From Schizochytrium sp. TIO01 (taxonomy: Eukaryota > Protista > Bigyra: Labyrinthulomycetes): 64,000 nt of DNA. Shown here piece after piece: positions 44,001-54,819 of the stretch. A program made the translations under genes and the position numbers. Location of the stretch: contig SMSO01000031.1 in the NCBI GenBank assembly GCA_004764695.1, positions 5,500,761 through 5,564,760 on the forward strand. Reading direction: 5' to 3'. Position 1 is the stretch's first letter. Each line of letters starts with the position of its first letter. The notes under the pieces are model-generated. The model was given only the letters and a program-made list of their open reading frames with translations. It did not search any database and had not been told where the DNA came from.

Positions 44001-45000
44001 AAAACCATTTCGCACGAGACTTGTCATTTTCTTTACCTAGAGGAAGTCCAGTGATCATGTGGTGAACACCAAAGGCCTCTATCCATACGTAGCAGCCTTT
44101 GGGGTCTAGATTGCGCAGCTTGCAGAGGCACTCGAGACTTTTCACCAAGGAGTCGAACTGCAAAGTTTGGTCTACAAGAACAAAGATCCCTTCGCTAACA
44201 TCGTGCAGGCCATCGCCAAAGTGGTCTACCACAGGTGCTCTGAATTCGTTTTCTAGCGGGATCAGCACGTGGTCTATAACATCACGAATCGACCAATTTT
44301 CTCGAGCATGATCAAAAATACCACACTGAGGAAACGTAAAGCATTTTCCTGGTATACGAGGAGTAAAACCTTCCACTGTGGCAAGTCCACCAGAAGCAGA
44401 TGCATCGAACCCGATCATCTGCAACTCGTAATCATGGTCTGATCCCACAACACGTTTTGAGCCCGCGTGAGCCATACTAAACACGTCTTCTGTGTATTCG
44501 TCGCAAAAAAGAACGAGGTCAGGCGCTACAACGTTATTTTTGATATCATCCCAAAAATCTGAGATAGCGCTCACACTCATGCACTGCCAAGAAACTTCGA
44601 CGGTGTCATCGCTGCTTTGAAGACCTTGGGATGCATTTCGAACCCGCTCCCGTGTTCGACGTATGCCTTGGCTCAATCTACTCCGCAATGAGCCTGGATT
44701 ACTACTGCATTCACTTGAAACATCAGTAGTGGCTTTGCCTTCGTTGCCTGTGTCATCTCCAACTGCTCCACCAGTGTTCTCCACATCTGAAAAGCTAGCC
44801 GCAAGATGGGCATCATCGCCATCGTGTTGGCAAGATTGTAAACCCTCCACATCATGGTATTTCTCCTCCAAAAGTACTAACCTTTTGTTTTTGTTGAGGT
44901 CACTACGACGAGAGCGACGAGGAACTAAACATGAGCTCAAGCGACTTCGTAGTGAAGGGGGCTTGCCTGTAATCTTCATCGTCATTGATGGTTCTGACAT
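41014..45000 (-). CDS. Large TPR-repeat protein, paralog B (1328 aa)
   Basis: Collinear with paralog A from its SLRSRLSS segment onward; the last ~220 aa are essentially identical. Confidence 0.88.
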   Translation of the reverse strand: MSEPSMTMKITGKPPSLRSRLSSCLVPRRSRRSDLNKNKRLVLLEEKYHDVEGLQSCQHDGDDAHLAASFSDVENTGGAVGDDTGNEGKATTDVSSECSSNPGSLRSRLSQGIRRTRERVRNASQGLQSSDDTVEVSWQCMSVSAISDFWDDIKNNVVAPDLVLFCDEYTEDVFSMAHAGSKRVVGSDHDYELQMIGFDASASGGLATVEGFTPRIPGKCFTFPQCGIFDHARENWSIRDVIDHVLIPLENEFRAPVVDHFGDGLHDVSEGIFVLVDQTLQFDSLVKSLECLCKLRNLDPKGCYVWIEAFGVHHMITGLPLGKENDKSRAKWFYQYEMPYALKHFLSATVVLDDDLEGYQTDEILYSLSQIGASGLPVQAVWPTRDDEDPSVLSLCLQESRRLAYAYQHIENKMGLSLSEPFHYGSSVGKRLPFLIVSDTAGPTDRVVAELKKNTQLVLSAMFFEFINNFAERQLAKMSTIVEAQDIQNAAKQYVAIGRYNEAFDLAERALEKLSKLPNEVSEAVKHTILAFLADLCQDVQVGRKEEALSYYEDAIAACSFERDGVILIKYTVAFLELSLRIKSRQTEAWNIVDMLFQRIQDVGTLDNVRRHRLSQEFLESSLRIVEAAREYDRLVRYCSIGIDVSIASEEETGHLDNLLQFVVSYYVRGMSEVSSDQFIVEQVKRLLAKRETTKAEERQRESVRALNISEAVGKHLLKSKRCANFVLELADKMPAEFGYSHQSWGTSRSLQIIEALLLLGRTKEAATGIKLLELEYNSSSASSRITQTKHTEVVQLKILHAQCAARKGRLEEALDYARAYVGDTWDASSFRQREAIEDSSLDRRTSENRIALLQLLLQSGSLEESYAQLDLFEQYVGRMHTSCTQDAPIDYSASLERDSCRMQATAAFFRGMLAHLEGDLKGSLEFYTQTRSLYAHILGPRNLESIDSSLMIVHTLIDLDMLEEAQELFESLPRPNIVDGPYYNRSIEATRKSLPTMKNRSKKKFQGDVNAKLNKRSEEEEEEEENGIVGQADANKIQSHQDETNIDKSAEIPVEAVQSEATGSLPILGMPSDQVPSVAAILTCEKSTPLPEYIDFDLEPPPSTNGLSKVGLDGQFALIEGRLSLCRGDLDRYVEIMRDIAEAQGIYSGLDSALYATASLKYVKALHITRRYAEALSLAEEVLSILRSIEGPDSLLLGDAVGESAILHARVGDVQEALALSAEAILLIRERIPDSVRMGYALFARGIAQAAAGHLADGESSVEHGIDIMMKCHGGDSSSVAYGLHILAKMSDDADVARQAANIYTSCLGADHPFTQRAEQLLATLCK

Positions 45001-47264
45001 ATCTCTTGAGATTTTAATTTGATCGCTGCTGTCCTTGGTATTAGGCGATTTACAAGCTTTTGGCTGTTGTTGCCTCTGACCTGCTTTGCTCGCCTTCCTT
45101 AGTCTTTATTTTCTTGATGCTGATGAGGCTTGCAGATAAGGCTCACTGCTGAAGATCGTTGTTAATAGCAATTGAATTCGCAATATAAGTTCAGCTAGCT
45201 TATTGTTTGATATTTCAATGAGCTCGTTGCACCGAATCCCTGACTTTGAACCCCCTGCAACAGAGTTACTTTTGTCTTAGCTTTACGATTTGACTGTGTT
45301 TTTTCTTTTATTGTCTCAGAGTTTGACAAAACTGTGGCACACCAAAGTGCCCTGTGCGTGGATGAGGTCGTTTTGCAGAAAGTCTTGCGAATTAATGTGA
45401 GCCCAGTTGTAGAAGAGGGTCTGGATCAATGTAGAGCTGAGCATGACCTGTTCTTTCTCTTGCCCCCTCTGCAGCCACTCTTCCCTCTGCTTTGCACGTG
45501 CCTGTAAACTTAGCACATGGGGCGCACGTTCAATTTCAATGGCCATGTGAAACTGGTTTTCTTGTTGGTAGATTGGAGTGTAGGTAGGTAGATATAGGTA
45601 CCTATCTACTTTAAGACTTTCATGATAAGTCTTTCCCACTTTGACTCATCATGCTCACTCAGAGAAAAAGTAAATTGAAAAAAATGACAGCGTTCTTAAT
45701 TGGCTTTGCTGGATCCTCGCCAATTTGTTACAATTCTCCAAAGAAGTAGGGCTAATAGATTTTTTTCGCGAAGTAAGTAAACACGCCTATACCATTGACA
45801 CACGTGTAGTAGCTAGAAATTCCACGATACTAACCAAGAGCTTGAGTGCCAAGAGCTTGAGCGCCAAGAGGATCGAGACAACCACAGAACTTCGACACAC
45901 TCAAATTCACTCATTCCTTGCAAAATGCACAACTAGCTTCGCTACATAGATACAAGTAGTGCTTTCTACTGTGTTCTTCTGCTTGATGGTAAAAAAAAGT
46001 ACATTGCAGCCCAGTACTACCTAATACTTTCGTCCAAAAGAGTTGATGAAAAGACTTCATCAATACCAAGACTTGTGGTTCATTGCACGACCTGGTGGAC
46101 TTCTTATAGTTTACAGTCCGTATCAGATATACACTCCAAAGTGTGTAGCTATAAAAGAAAATCACTTTCTCAAAACTAAAACCAACCAAACAGAATATAG
46201 TTCGAATGAAGCTTTGTGAACAAACCCCAATCACCCAACCCCAACCACACGAAGATCAGTGCTCGAATCATGGGATACCATGCACGACTCCTCGTGAGGA
46301 ACAAAATCAATACTCTATCTCTTTATAATTATTGTTATTTTTTATTTTAAAATCAGATAACAAAACTGCTCATAATCTCAGTGGTGATAAGATTGGAACA
46401 TTTGCCCCTTCAATGTTTATTTTTTTGTAACTTTAATTGATGAAATTCAGCCCATCAGAACTATCATAATCACCACTCAGTTTTGGATCGAACGAAAAGC
46501 ACAAACAAACGGCGTTGTGAGCAGCAAGACGAGCCTTGGTCATCGAGATTAGTACGGTTTAAAATTGGTTTCATATGGCCGCAGAGCTTGTGTGTAAATT
46601 TCTAACTATAAAACTGAACTATATATCATGGTAGTAGCTCATTATGCATATTCTCAGTAAACCCTGATATGGGCTACAAGAATATATCAGATATAGAGAA
46701 AGATCCTGCCTTATGCATAACAAATGATGTGCACAAACCTCATATGATACCCTCAAACTGATTCTCCCTCTTTTTTTTTTTCTTTTTTTTTTCTTTTTTT
46801 TCAATTTGAAAACAAAGACCGCATGTAGAGCAAGCACATTGACAACCTAAAGTACAGTAGATATATCTAGAATGTTGAAACAAATCTTTGGTATGTGACT
46901 CCCAAAGTTCAATCTCTTTGCAGTGTCTGAAAATGGTTACATCTGGTATTTTAAAAAAGAAGATCATCAATTCGAAAGTGCATAAGTATAAAAGTTGTTT
47001 CGTAGTTTATGAGAGGGATTTGATTCCATATTAAAATCTTAGGCCTGTGTGTTTTCTTATTGAATGAAAACTTTTAGAGAAAGGAAATTAACAAAATAGC
47101 CTACAAGTAATTCAGGCAATCACGATACGAACTTTGAAGGGACATTTAATAATCTGCAGTATAATCTTCTTGGTAAATGGAATTTTGTAGAGCACGACGA
47201 AATGACTATGAAGTGTGATTTGAGATGCGAAGTTCCCCCCCCCTTCAAATGGCGCTGAAAAGAG

Positions 47265-48304
47265 TTACTTCTTCGTTTTCTTTCTTCTTTTGTCATCACC
47301 CCCTGCCTGGCAGACGTGGCAAACGAAATTAGGGGGGTTTTCTCCTGGAGGAATCCCTGCACATTCGCAATGAAACCATTCTACAGAACAATCTTTTCGG
47401 TCACAAGCAATCATGCTGCCCAAGTACAGTTGTTTACAAACACAATAATGTGCAAGGTCCTCCAATGAGGCTGGAGGGCCTACCTGCAAGCCGTGCTGGC
47501 GATGCGAAGACGAAGGTGTTAATGGTGGCACGCCAAGGACCTTGTATAATGTGGAGAGGTCACGCTGCAGCTTTTGCCGGTAAAGTTGAACAAGGTCATG
47601 CGTCTTTTCAGCCAGTTGTACTCGAATTCTTGCACGCGATATGTCATGCTCACTGGCAAGTTTCTCATCAACTTCGTTGTGCTTCTCACTTTCGTCATTG
47701 GGCTCTGTCTGACTAGCGTTCCGCATTGACCGTCTCGTTGCAGGCGCATTCGTTGCCTCCTCACTACTCTGAATATCATCACGATCAAGAGAATTTTCCA
47801 AAATAGGAGCTTCTTCTACAGCTTTGCTACTGCTACTACCGCTGCCAAGCGCATTTCCGGCACTTTCATCTTCGTCGTCCCGCACTCCAATCTTCTGTGT
47901 CACAGCCCGTTCTAGCAAGCCTTTTCATATTTATTTTGGGGTCATCATCAGCTCATACACGTCAGTTTCAACCACGCCTAGTTTGCCATGCACATTCAAC
48001 TCAGGCACTTGGCATCTTGAACCATTTCTAAGCCCACCGACCTCAGCTGCTAGTCTTGTCAAATCTACTCACCTTGAACGTTATTATGCATTGGCAGCGA
48101 GTTGAGCGCCGATAAGTTACCTACAACAGCTTTGGCCAGATCCTGCGCAAGGCCACCGCCGCGACATCTCGTAGTTACCGGGGATGCTCCAGAAGAAGGC
48201 CCTGCGCGAGCCCGCTTCTTCCGTCGCAGCGCTGGGACTTCCGTAGATGGCGCTCTTGCCGAGGTCTCGCCCATCCACTCCAACACGACCCACGGTGCCG
48301 ACAT
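47265..48304 (-). CDS. ING-family PHD-finger protein, probably 2 exons (48304-48073; ~47920-47265)
   Basis: PHD finger YCVCKQLYLGSMIACDRKDCSVEWFHCECAGI...FVCHVC and ING-like helix RVQLAEKTHDLVQLYRQKLQRDL. The upstream 80-aa ORF ends at a GTGAGT donor in phase with AG acceptors just before the 217-aa ORF. Confidence 0.78.
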
Positions 48305-48540
48305 CACTGATGAACTGTGACGTTAAGTCGCCGCGGGGCTTTCTTGACAGGTACCTCCCGCGGACGCCGTTCTCCGCTCTCCGCTCTGTGGTATTCAACT
48401 TTCGAATGCGGATTTGAAGCAACTAGTATTGCTTGCCCACAATCACAAGGAGAAGAAAAGCGTTGGAGAAAATCAAAGGAAATTCAAATTACCAAATCAT
48501 CAAGAGTGCAAGAACTAACCTCAACATATCCTCTTCACCA

Positions 48541-48570
48541 TTCTTCTTCTTCTTCTTCTTCTTCTTCTTT
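48541..48570. repeat. (TTC)n microsatellite between divergent genes
   Basis: About 9-10 TTC units. Confidence 0.9.
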
Positions 48571-48680
48571 CACTTACAACATACCTTCAATCAGCGCAGG
48601 CGCAGGAGGACTTGAGGCGTGTAATCTGACTGTCACACGCTGTCTCACTCGCAGGACTGGCGTAGAGTGAAGTCTTGGCG

Positions 48681-48980
48681 ATGGTGCCGGATGTGGGCTT
48701 ATATCTTGAATTTCTGAGGGACGATGTGGAGCTTCAGGTAGGCTTTGGTATCGTGTTCCTCGTAGTGCTTGCATTTGCAGTGAGGCTGCTAGATTACAAT
48801 CGTCCTGGCCGCACAAAGTTCCTAGCGCTTGTTCTTGTCACCCTTTGGGGACTCCGCCTCTCGTATCGTGACCAGGAGCTTTCCAACAAGGTTTGTCTCG
48901 GCAACCTAATGCTCTGGCTGCTTGTGTACAACGTTGTGCGCGACGTCGACGATGATGATGATGACCATCACCAAGACTAG
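48681..48980 (+). CDS. Small hypothetical membrane protein (~99 aa, ~3 hydrophobic segments, acidic tail)
   Basis: ATG at 48681, GC-rich coding-like composition, hydrophobic stretches. Confidence 0.55.
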   Translation: MVPDVGLYLEFLRDDVELQVGFGIVFLVVLAFAVRLLDYNRPGRTKFLALVLVTLWGLRLSYRDQELSNKVCLGNLMLWLLVYNVVRDVDDDDDDHHQD

Positions 48981-49435
48981 AATATTTAGAATATTTGGAA
49001 TATGTGTGTACTCCTAGCTTGCATTCGTATTAGCTAAGCATCTGAGGCTGATTCACAAATACAAGGCGGGGAAATGGAGTATCCCTGCAGATTCGTTCAT
49101 CATGTTTAGAAATGCTAGATTCCCTGCTTATAATTATACTGGCTTATTTGCAACAAATACTACGCTAGTATGTACATATAGGGAGGAGTTTAAGGCTCTT
49201 TGTTTATCGTCTAAAATTTGTTACTATTTACCTTCAGCAAGCTGAAAAATGCTGTCATCCTTTTTCTTGCAATCGGCTCGCTCTTGTTCTAGCAAGTTTA
49301 TTTTGACAAACCGACCTTTGATATCAATTACATAAGCTATATTTAAAATGGAAGAAATTGGATCTCTTCAAATCTCCTGGTCACCTGTTGCTTCGTCGTC
49401 TTGTTTAACAAATAGACCCTCCTTTGTATAGTTAA

Positions 49436-51148
49436 TTACCTGGATCGATGCTTAGTGACACGGGGTTGCGGAATGTTCATAAATCGAAGATCATCCTTTG
49501 CGCAAGGCATCAGCGCTGGGGCTGATTCGCAGTGTGCCATTAGCCGTGGTGCTGTAGATAATCTTTGTGTTGTTTTCGAAGGACAGTCTGTGCTTGAAAC
49601 TCTTGAGCTTGGTATTTTATGTGATTGAGATTTCGATAACAAAGTATCACTATTGCTATGAATTTCACTACTGCGACAATTTCCTGCTTCATTGTGAAAA
49701 GGTCGATTATTTCCACCATAGGGACTGCTAGCATTGTTCGCGCTAAAATATTTTAGATCAACACTTGAATTTCGCAGAGAACGACTTGAACTCGTGCCCC
49801 CCTTGCTACTTTCTGAACGATGCTTTTGGGAGTGTCGATGAGAATGCTGACCACGACGATGTCGGTGCTTTCTATGGCGACAATGGCGATGTTCATTTTC
49901 ATCTGCATCATTCGTGTCAGTAGCTACTTGTTGCACCTTTGGGATTCGAGGCAAACCTGGCATGAGAGCTCGCGCAAGTTTACGGAACTCTAGACATCCA
50001 CTTGTATCAACATCATATGTTTTAAAGTATGCCAATGCAGTGACATCTGGAATGCTCTCCAGGCCAAGAGCCCGCAAGCCTTGGCGAAACTCTGGAAAGC
50101 TCAGCTTCGACCAATCAGATTCGTACTCAGTTCTTCGAAAGCAGCGACGTAGCTGATGCTCTCCGTGTATACGCTGGTCTACTTTCTCTAAGAGTAGTGC
50201 GTGTAAATTAATGTGTTGCTCTTGGTCAGAATGGTCCACAGCTGCTGCATGATGAACTCTCCTTGCCAATTGCATCTGGTGGGCTAGACCCGCGTGCACA
50301 CCTTGTCGAGTCGCAGTATAATCCCGTGCTAAGCGTTGCTCAAACTCTGAATAAGTAAACTTCTCGGGGTACTCTCCTACAAATCGAGCATACAGCCCTT
50401 TCCACACACGATCGGGTAAACCTTCAAGCCCTAATCGATGCAAGACAACACAAAACTGGTCGTAGGGTACTTGTGTGTGCAAGTTTTCTTCTGACACAGA
50501 AGCCATTTTACGAAATGCTCTTTCTAGCGCTAGAGCGCCACGCGGTAAGCGCTGATCAAGCTTTTCAAGCAAAAGTAGCTCAGCCTCTTCTTCTGTCACG
50601 TCAGAAGAATCACGAGAACGCTCCACACCAGCCACACTGCGGAGAGTTCGTTGCTGCGCACTCAGTGCTGAAAGGCTCGTACTCAGCTCAAGAGTGTTTT
50701 CAAGGGTTGAGCGCCCGCGTAACATACTCACGAGATCATCAACGAAGCGATCAAAAACAATCGAGTCATCCTCTGGGCTTTGTTTGTAGGTGTCATAGAG
50801 CTCTAGAAGATCACTGCGTGGGAAGCTATCCATACCAACAAGCCCAAGCACGCGGAGGAATTCATCAAGACTTGCACGTGAGTTAGTATGGTATTTGCGG
50901 AAAAATCGTTGTAACACGACGCCGGATCCTCCGTGGTGTTTGCTTTCAAAAACATCAAGCATCATCTCCTTTACGCTACGGCCTTTCATCCGTGATCGTG
51001 TAAATTGTTCACTTGCTGCTACCTTTTCAGCTGCAGCACGCGCTCTGATGGCAGTGCGCTTGGCAACTGCATCTTTCAAGCGTGCAGTTCCTACCTTGCC
51101 TGGCAGCAAGCAGGCCTCAAAGTCAAACTCCCTCGTTGTCAGACTCAT
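49436..51148 (-). CDS. EF-hand repeat protein (570 aa)
   Basis: Repeated units (F..LRR.F ... F..L..LGL...) with a canonical loop YDVDTSGCLEFRKL; His/Arg/Ser-rich disordered tail. Confidence 0.8.
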   Translation of the reverse strand: MSLTTREFDFEACLLPGKVGTARLKDAVAKRTAIRARAAAEKVAASEQFTRSRMKGRSVKEMMLDVFESKHHGGSGVVLQRFFRKYHTNSRASLDEFLRVLGLVGMDSFPRSDLLELYDTYKQSPEDDSIVFDRFVDDLVSMLRGRSTLENTLELSTSLSALSAQQRTLRSVAGVERSRDSSDVTEEEAELLLLEKLDQRLPRGALALERAFRKMASVSEENLHTQVPYDQFCVVLHRLGLEGLPDRVWKGLYARFVGEYPEKFTYSEFEQRLARDYTATRQGVHAGLAHQMQLARRVHHAAAVDHSDQEQHINLHALLLEKVDQRIHGEHQLRRCFRRTEYESDWSKLSFPEFRQGLRALGLESIPDVTALAYFKTYDVDTSGCLEFRKLARALMPGLPRIPKVQQVATDTNDADENEHRHCRHRKHRHRRGQHSHRHSQKHRSESSKGGTSSSRSLRNSSVDLKYFSANNASSPYGGNNRPFHNEAGNCRSSEIHSNSDTLLSKSQSHKIPSSRVSSTDCPSKTTQRLSTAPRLMAHCESAPALMPCAKDDLRFMNIPQPRVTKHRSR

Positions 51149-52138
51149 TTCCTCGATGGCCTGTTACCGTGGCCGCTCCTGTCGTCGCCCCTAATATGTT
51201 TCGTTGAGCTTTGGTCGAACAACCAAAGCAAGAAGTCTACAAGTTCTTTTAGACCTCTGCTTCTCCCAAAAGATAACAGTTAATAATTGTATCCATTGAA
51301 GCACATTCCGATTAAATCTATAAAAAAACAAGGACACCTTCCATTTTAGATACCAATGTACCACTCACTATACGTATACTCTACGTAGGTCAAAATAAAA
51401 CAAGGCAAGAAAAAAACACAATATTAATCTGAAGAGTGCCCGCAGCCATACTTATAAACCAAGGCAAGACAACAAGTGAGCATAAAACTGAAGCTCGTGA
51501 CCCTGGTGGCCGCGCTACAGCCATCGTTCCCATTGAACGGAATTGCCGGCAAATCTCAGGTAAGGGTGGTCTCCCGAGACTGATCACTTCGTGTATGATT
51601 TGTATTATCAAAATCCTATCTGAACCTTATTCCTTAAACTACCGCCTATCGGGACAAAATCTAATTCAATTTGTATGGGTATCGGAAAAACTATGGAAGA
51701 GCTTAAGGTGGTACTCATATGTGCGGGGGTACCCTGAAAAATGGACGAGAACGAGGGTGTGCACCGCGCCGCGGGCTCCGCGGGTTAGATTATTAAAACA
51801 CATCTGCCTAAAGGCAGTTTGAAGGCCCATCACAGCTTGCAGGAAGTAAAACAACCCGTATGGATTCTCTTGCTGTGGATTAGCACGTACTTATATTAGC
51901 GTCAATTGATCCAAACGTTCTCTCATATTCTATTGTGATAGAATGAAGTCTGGCTTCTTGTCTTGTGAAAAGTGTTCTCATGACAATAAGTCCTCATATA
52001 TTTTGCAGAAATCCAATTTATCAATAAGAGGCACGCCTGACCAAAAGCTGAGAGGCCCATCCAGAACCAACAAGATCAAGTTGTCCTCTTTTCTTGACCT
52101 CTTATTAATGCACTGCATCAGCAAAGACCCAAGCTGCA

Positions 52139-54655
52139 TTGCCCACCCCGCTCAGCTGCGAACTCTGGGCAGACATCTTTGCCACTTCTTGCAAAAAGGT
52201 CGAAATAGGCAGCCCAGACCCAGCGAGCCATATCAATATGGCGCTTGCAGCTGCTTTTGTAGCACAATGCGAGACAGCACGCGTAGAAGCGCCACGCGGC
52301 GTCCTCTCAAAGCTTCGCGAGGCTGAGGCTTTCCCCCACGTGCTTGACCTACATAAAGTTAAGCTGACATCAAGTTGCGTGCGAATGATCATGGACACCA
52401 TTCGTCAACTTCCGCGAGCTGGACTTAAAGAGATTAATCTTTCTTTCGTTAAGATCGGGGAGCATGGAGCACGCTGCCTCGCTGCTCTGCTCCACGACCC
52501 TCGCTCCGAACTACGCAAGCTCAAATTGAGTCATTGTGCTCTAGGCGATAATGGAGGGGCCCTTATTTGCGAAAATCTCGGACATCTTGAGGTCCTTGAC
52601 ATCTCTGATAATTGTCTCGGCCGCGAGACTGCTTCTGCGCTTGCTACATTTTTTGGAACTCACCAAGACGCGAGTCTCTGGTCCTTAACCATTGACAAAA
52701 ACTTTATTACTGATACAGGAGCTGCGCTTATTTGCCGCTCGCTCGATGGTAACAAAAGCTTGCAGCATCTCAGCATGGTTCGTTGCGGCGTTGCCTTTGC
52801 AACGGCGTCTGCGTTGCTTGGACTTCAGAAATCGGCTTTGCGGAGCTTACTGTTGCGGCACAACGCTATTTCTGTCGCAAAGCTTGATGAACTCCGTGTT
52901 AAGTTTGTTGCGTTCGGGCACACCTCTGAAGTCAAAACTTTGGGAGTTTCAACTCCTCAAGTTCAAAACCCTGCTAACTCATCGAACAGGGGAGATTTGC
53001 AAAGTCCAAGAACTGTATTCCAGCAAGTTGTCAAAGACCTCGAATGCAGGGTCTCGCCGCAAGAATACCGTGGTCGCCAAATGCCAAGCCAAATTGAACT
53101 TAGCCAGCTCATAGGTGACTTACGCAGGTATTCTGCTATGGAGGCTCACGGCCTGAAGGATCAGAAGTTAACCAAGGAAAGCGCTCAAGCGCTTTTAGCC
53201 TGTATGGGAGCTATGGACCGCATGGTCCGTCTCAACAACATGTATAAGAGTACGGCAACGCGTATTGCTGCTTCAAATAGTACTTTGGCTCACCTCTTGA
53301 ACCAGACAAACTACTATACACAGGATGAGAGATCAGCAAATTCCTCGTCAGCCTCGGCTACGAGCGTCGACCTTGCCAATGCAGCCAAGCTTATTCAGGA
53401 GTTGGAGGCTACTATCGCAGAACAGAGTACTAAAATTGAGCATCTTGAAGCCCAGGTTCATAAAGTTGCTCCTAACTTTACAATGATCGAAGGTCTTGAA
53501 ACAGAAATTGTTAACCTAAAACTAGCGCACGCTCAGGCACATCAGCAATTCAAATTGCAAAGAGGCCAGCTATTGGATGAGAATCTTGTCTTGCAGCACC
53601 GCATTGATGAGTTGGAGGAAGATATTGTTCGTGCTGAGCTACAACGCTTCGAATCTTCGCATGAACACCAGGTATTGAAGCCAGATGCTTTCTGTCGGCA
53701 GTCACCAAAGGTTGATCTCGACAGAAAAGGCTCAGTTAAACGTGGAAAACAGTACTGGGATCATCAAGACAGTCTTCGTTTGAAACTAGGCGAGAGCCAT
53801 GATTCAACTTCACACACTGCCTCGGACGCAGACATTGACGACTCCTCGTCGTCCTCCTCGTCTTCTTCCTCCTCGTCATCGTGTTTATCTTTGAATGTTT
53901 CGAAGTCTTCCCAAGCCTCTGATATTAGTTACCTTGCCAGCAATTCGAGTCAAGACTTCATACTAAGCGATGAGAATATCGTAGCCGATGACATCTATGG
54001 CACAAACGAAGGGAGTGCTACCATAGCTCGCAAGACACGTCTCCAATGGGCAAAAGCTCTACCATTCCAAAGCCATTTGCCGCCTCGTACTACAGCCAAT
54101 CGAGCAACTTTGAAAGACAACTCTGAGTCCGATGACAGTCAATCAGCTGACGCTGACAATGAGCGCGAAAGTGAGGAAAATGAAGTTGACACTGTGAGTG
54201 ATAGTTGGCGTCATCATCATAAAAACCAGCGAACAATGCAAGAGCCATTTCAAGCGTCTCGATGGGACCGAAAAAGAAATGAGTTCATTGATGACGAAGA
54301 GGAAGGCCAAGGTGCGGGGGAAGAGTACGAGTACGACGAATCAAATGAAGATGACGAAGAGGACGAAGGGGATGATAACGAGGATGAAACGGAAGAAGTT
54401 CTAGTAGACTCGGATGGAGAAACCGTTCTTTGGGAAAGCACCTGGAAGATGGAACGAGCCCAACTACTTCTTGAAATTCAGCGTGCAAAGGCCGTGGCGC
54501 AGCAAGCACGTAAGCGAGCTGAATCTCGTGGAAGTGAGATAAGCAAGCTCCAAGAACGTATCGATGAGCTTTTGAATGAGAATACTGTCAAGGATGATAT
54601 TTTAGACCGTGTGCAGACCTCATTGCGCGTCATGGTTGAAGAAAAGGAGCCATAA
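52139..54655 (+). CDS. RI-like LRR + coiled-coil protein (>=838 aa; 5' end probably in an upstream exon, possibly ATG 51741)
   Basis: LRRs LKEINLSFVKIGEHGA, LRKLKLSHCALGDNGG, LEVLDISDNCLG, LWSLTIDKNFITDTGA; long coiled coils and acidic tracts. The ORF begins at TTG just after a CAG. Confidence 0.85.
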   Translation: MPTPLSCELWADIFATSCKKVEIGSPDPASHINMALAAAFVAQCETARVEAPRGVLSKLREAEAFPHVLDLHKVKLTSSCVRMIMDTIRQLPRAGLKEINLSFVKIGEHGARCLAALLHDPRSELRKLKLSHCALGDNGGALICENLGHLEVLDISDNCLGRETASALATFFGTHQDASLWSLTIDKNFITDTGAALICRSLDGNKSLQHLSMVRCGVAFATASALLGLQKSALRSLLLRHNAISVAKLDELRVKFVAFGHTSEVKTLGVSTPQVQNPANSSNRGDLQSPRTVFQQVVKDLECRVSPQEYRGRQMPSQIELSQLIGDLRRYSAMEAHGLKDQKLTKESAQALLACMGAMDRMVRLNNMYKSTATRIAASNSTLAHLLNQTNYYTQDERSANSSSASATSVDLANAAKLIQELEATIAEQSTKIEHLEAQVHKVAPNFTMIEGLETEIVNLKLAHAQAHQQFKLQRGQLLDENLVLQHRIDELEEDIVRAELQRFESSHEHQVLKPDAFCRQSPKVDLDRKGSVKRGKQYWDHQDSLRLKLGESHDSTSHTASDADIDDSSSSSSSSSSSSSCLSLNVSKSSQASDISYLASNSSQDFILSDENIVADDIYGTNEGSATIARKTRLQWAKALPFQSHLPPRTTANRATLKDNSESDDSQSADADNERESEENEVDTVSDSWRHHHKNQRTMQEPFQASRWDRKRNEFIDDEEEGQGAGEEYEYDESNEDDEEDEGDDNEDETEEVLVDSDGETVLWESTWKMERAQLLLEIQRAKAVAQQARKRAESRGSEISKLQERIDELLNENTVKDDILDRVQTSLRVMVEEKEP

Positions 54656-54819
54656 ATTATACTAAATAGGGAAAACATGAAATAGATTCTAGAAAGCCTC
54701 CAAATTCATGCAAGATTTGTTGCAAAGCACTACTTTATGAAAATGTAGATGGCAGAGTACCTAGCGAACTTATGTTAGAGTTTATTTTCAATCAACTATT
54801 TTCCAAGATCAACAAAATA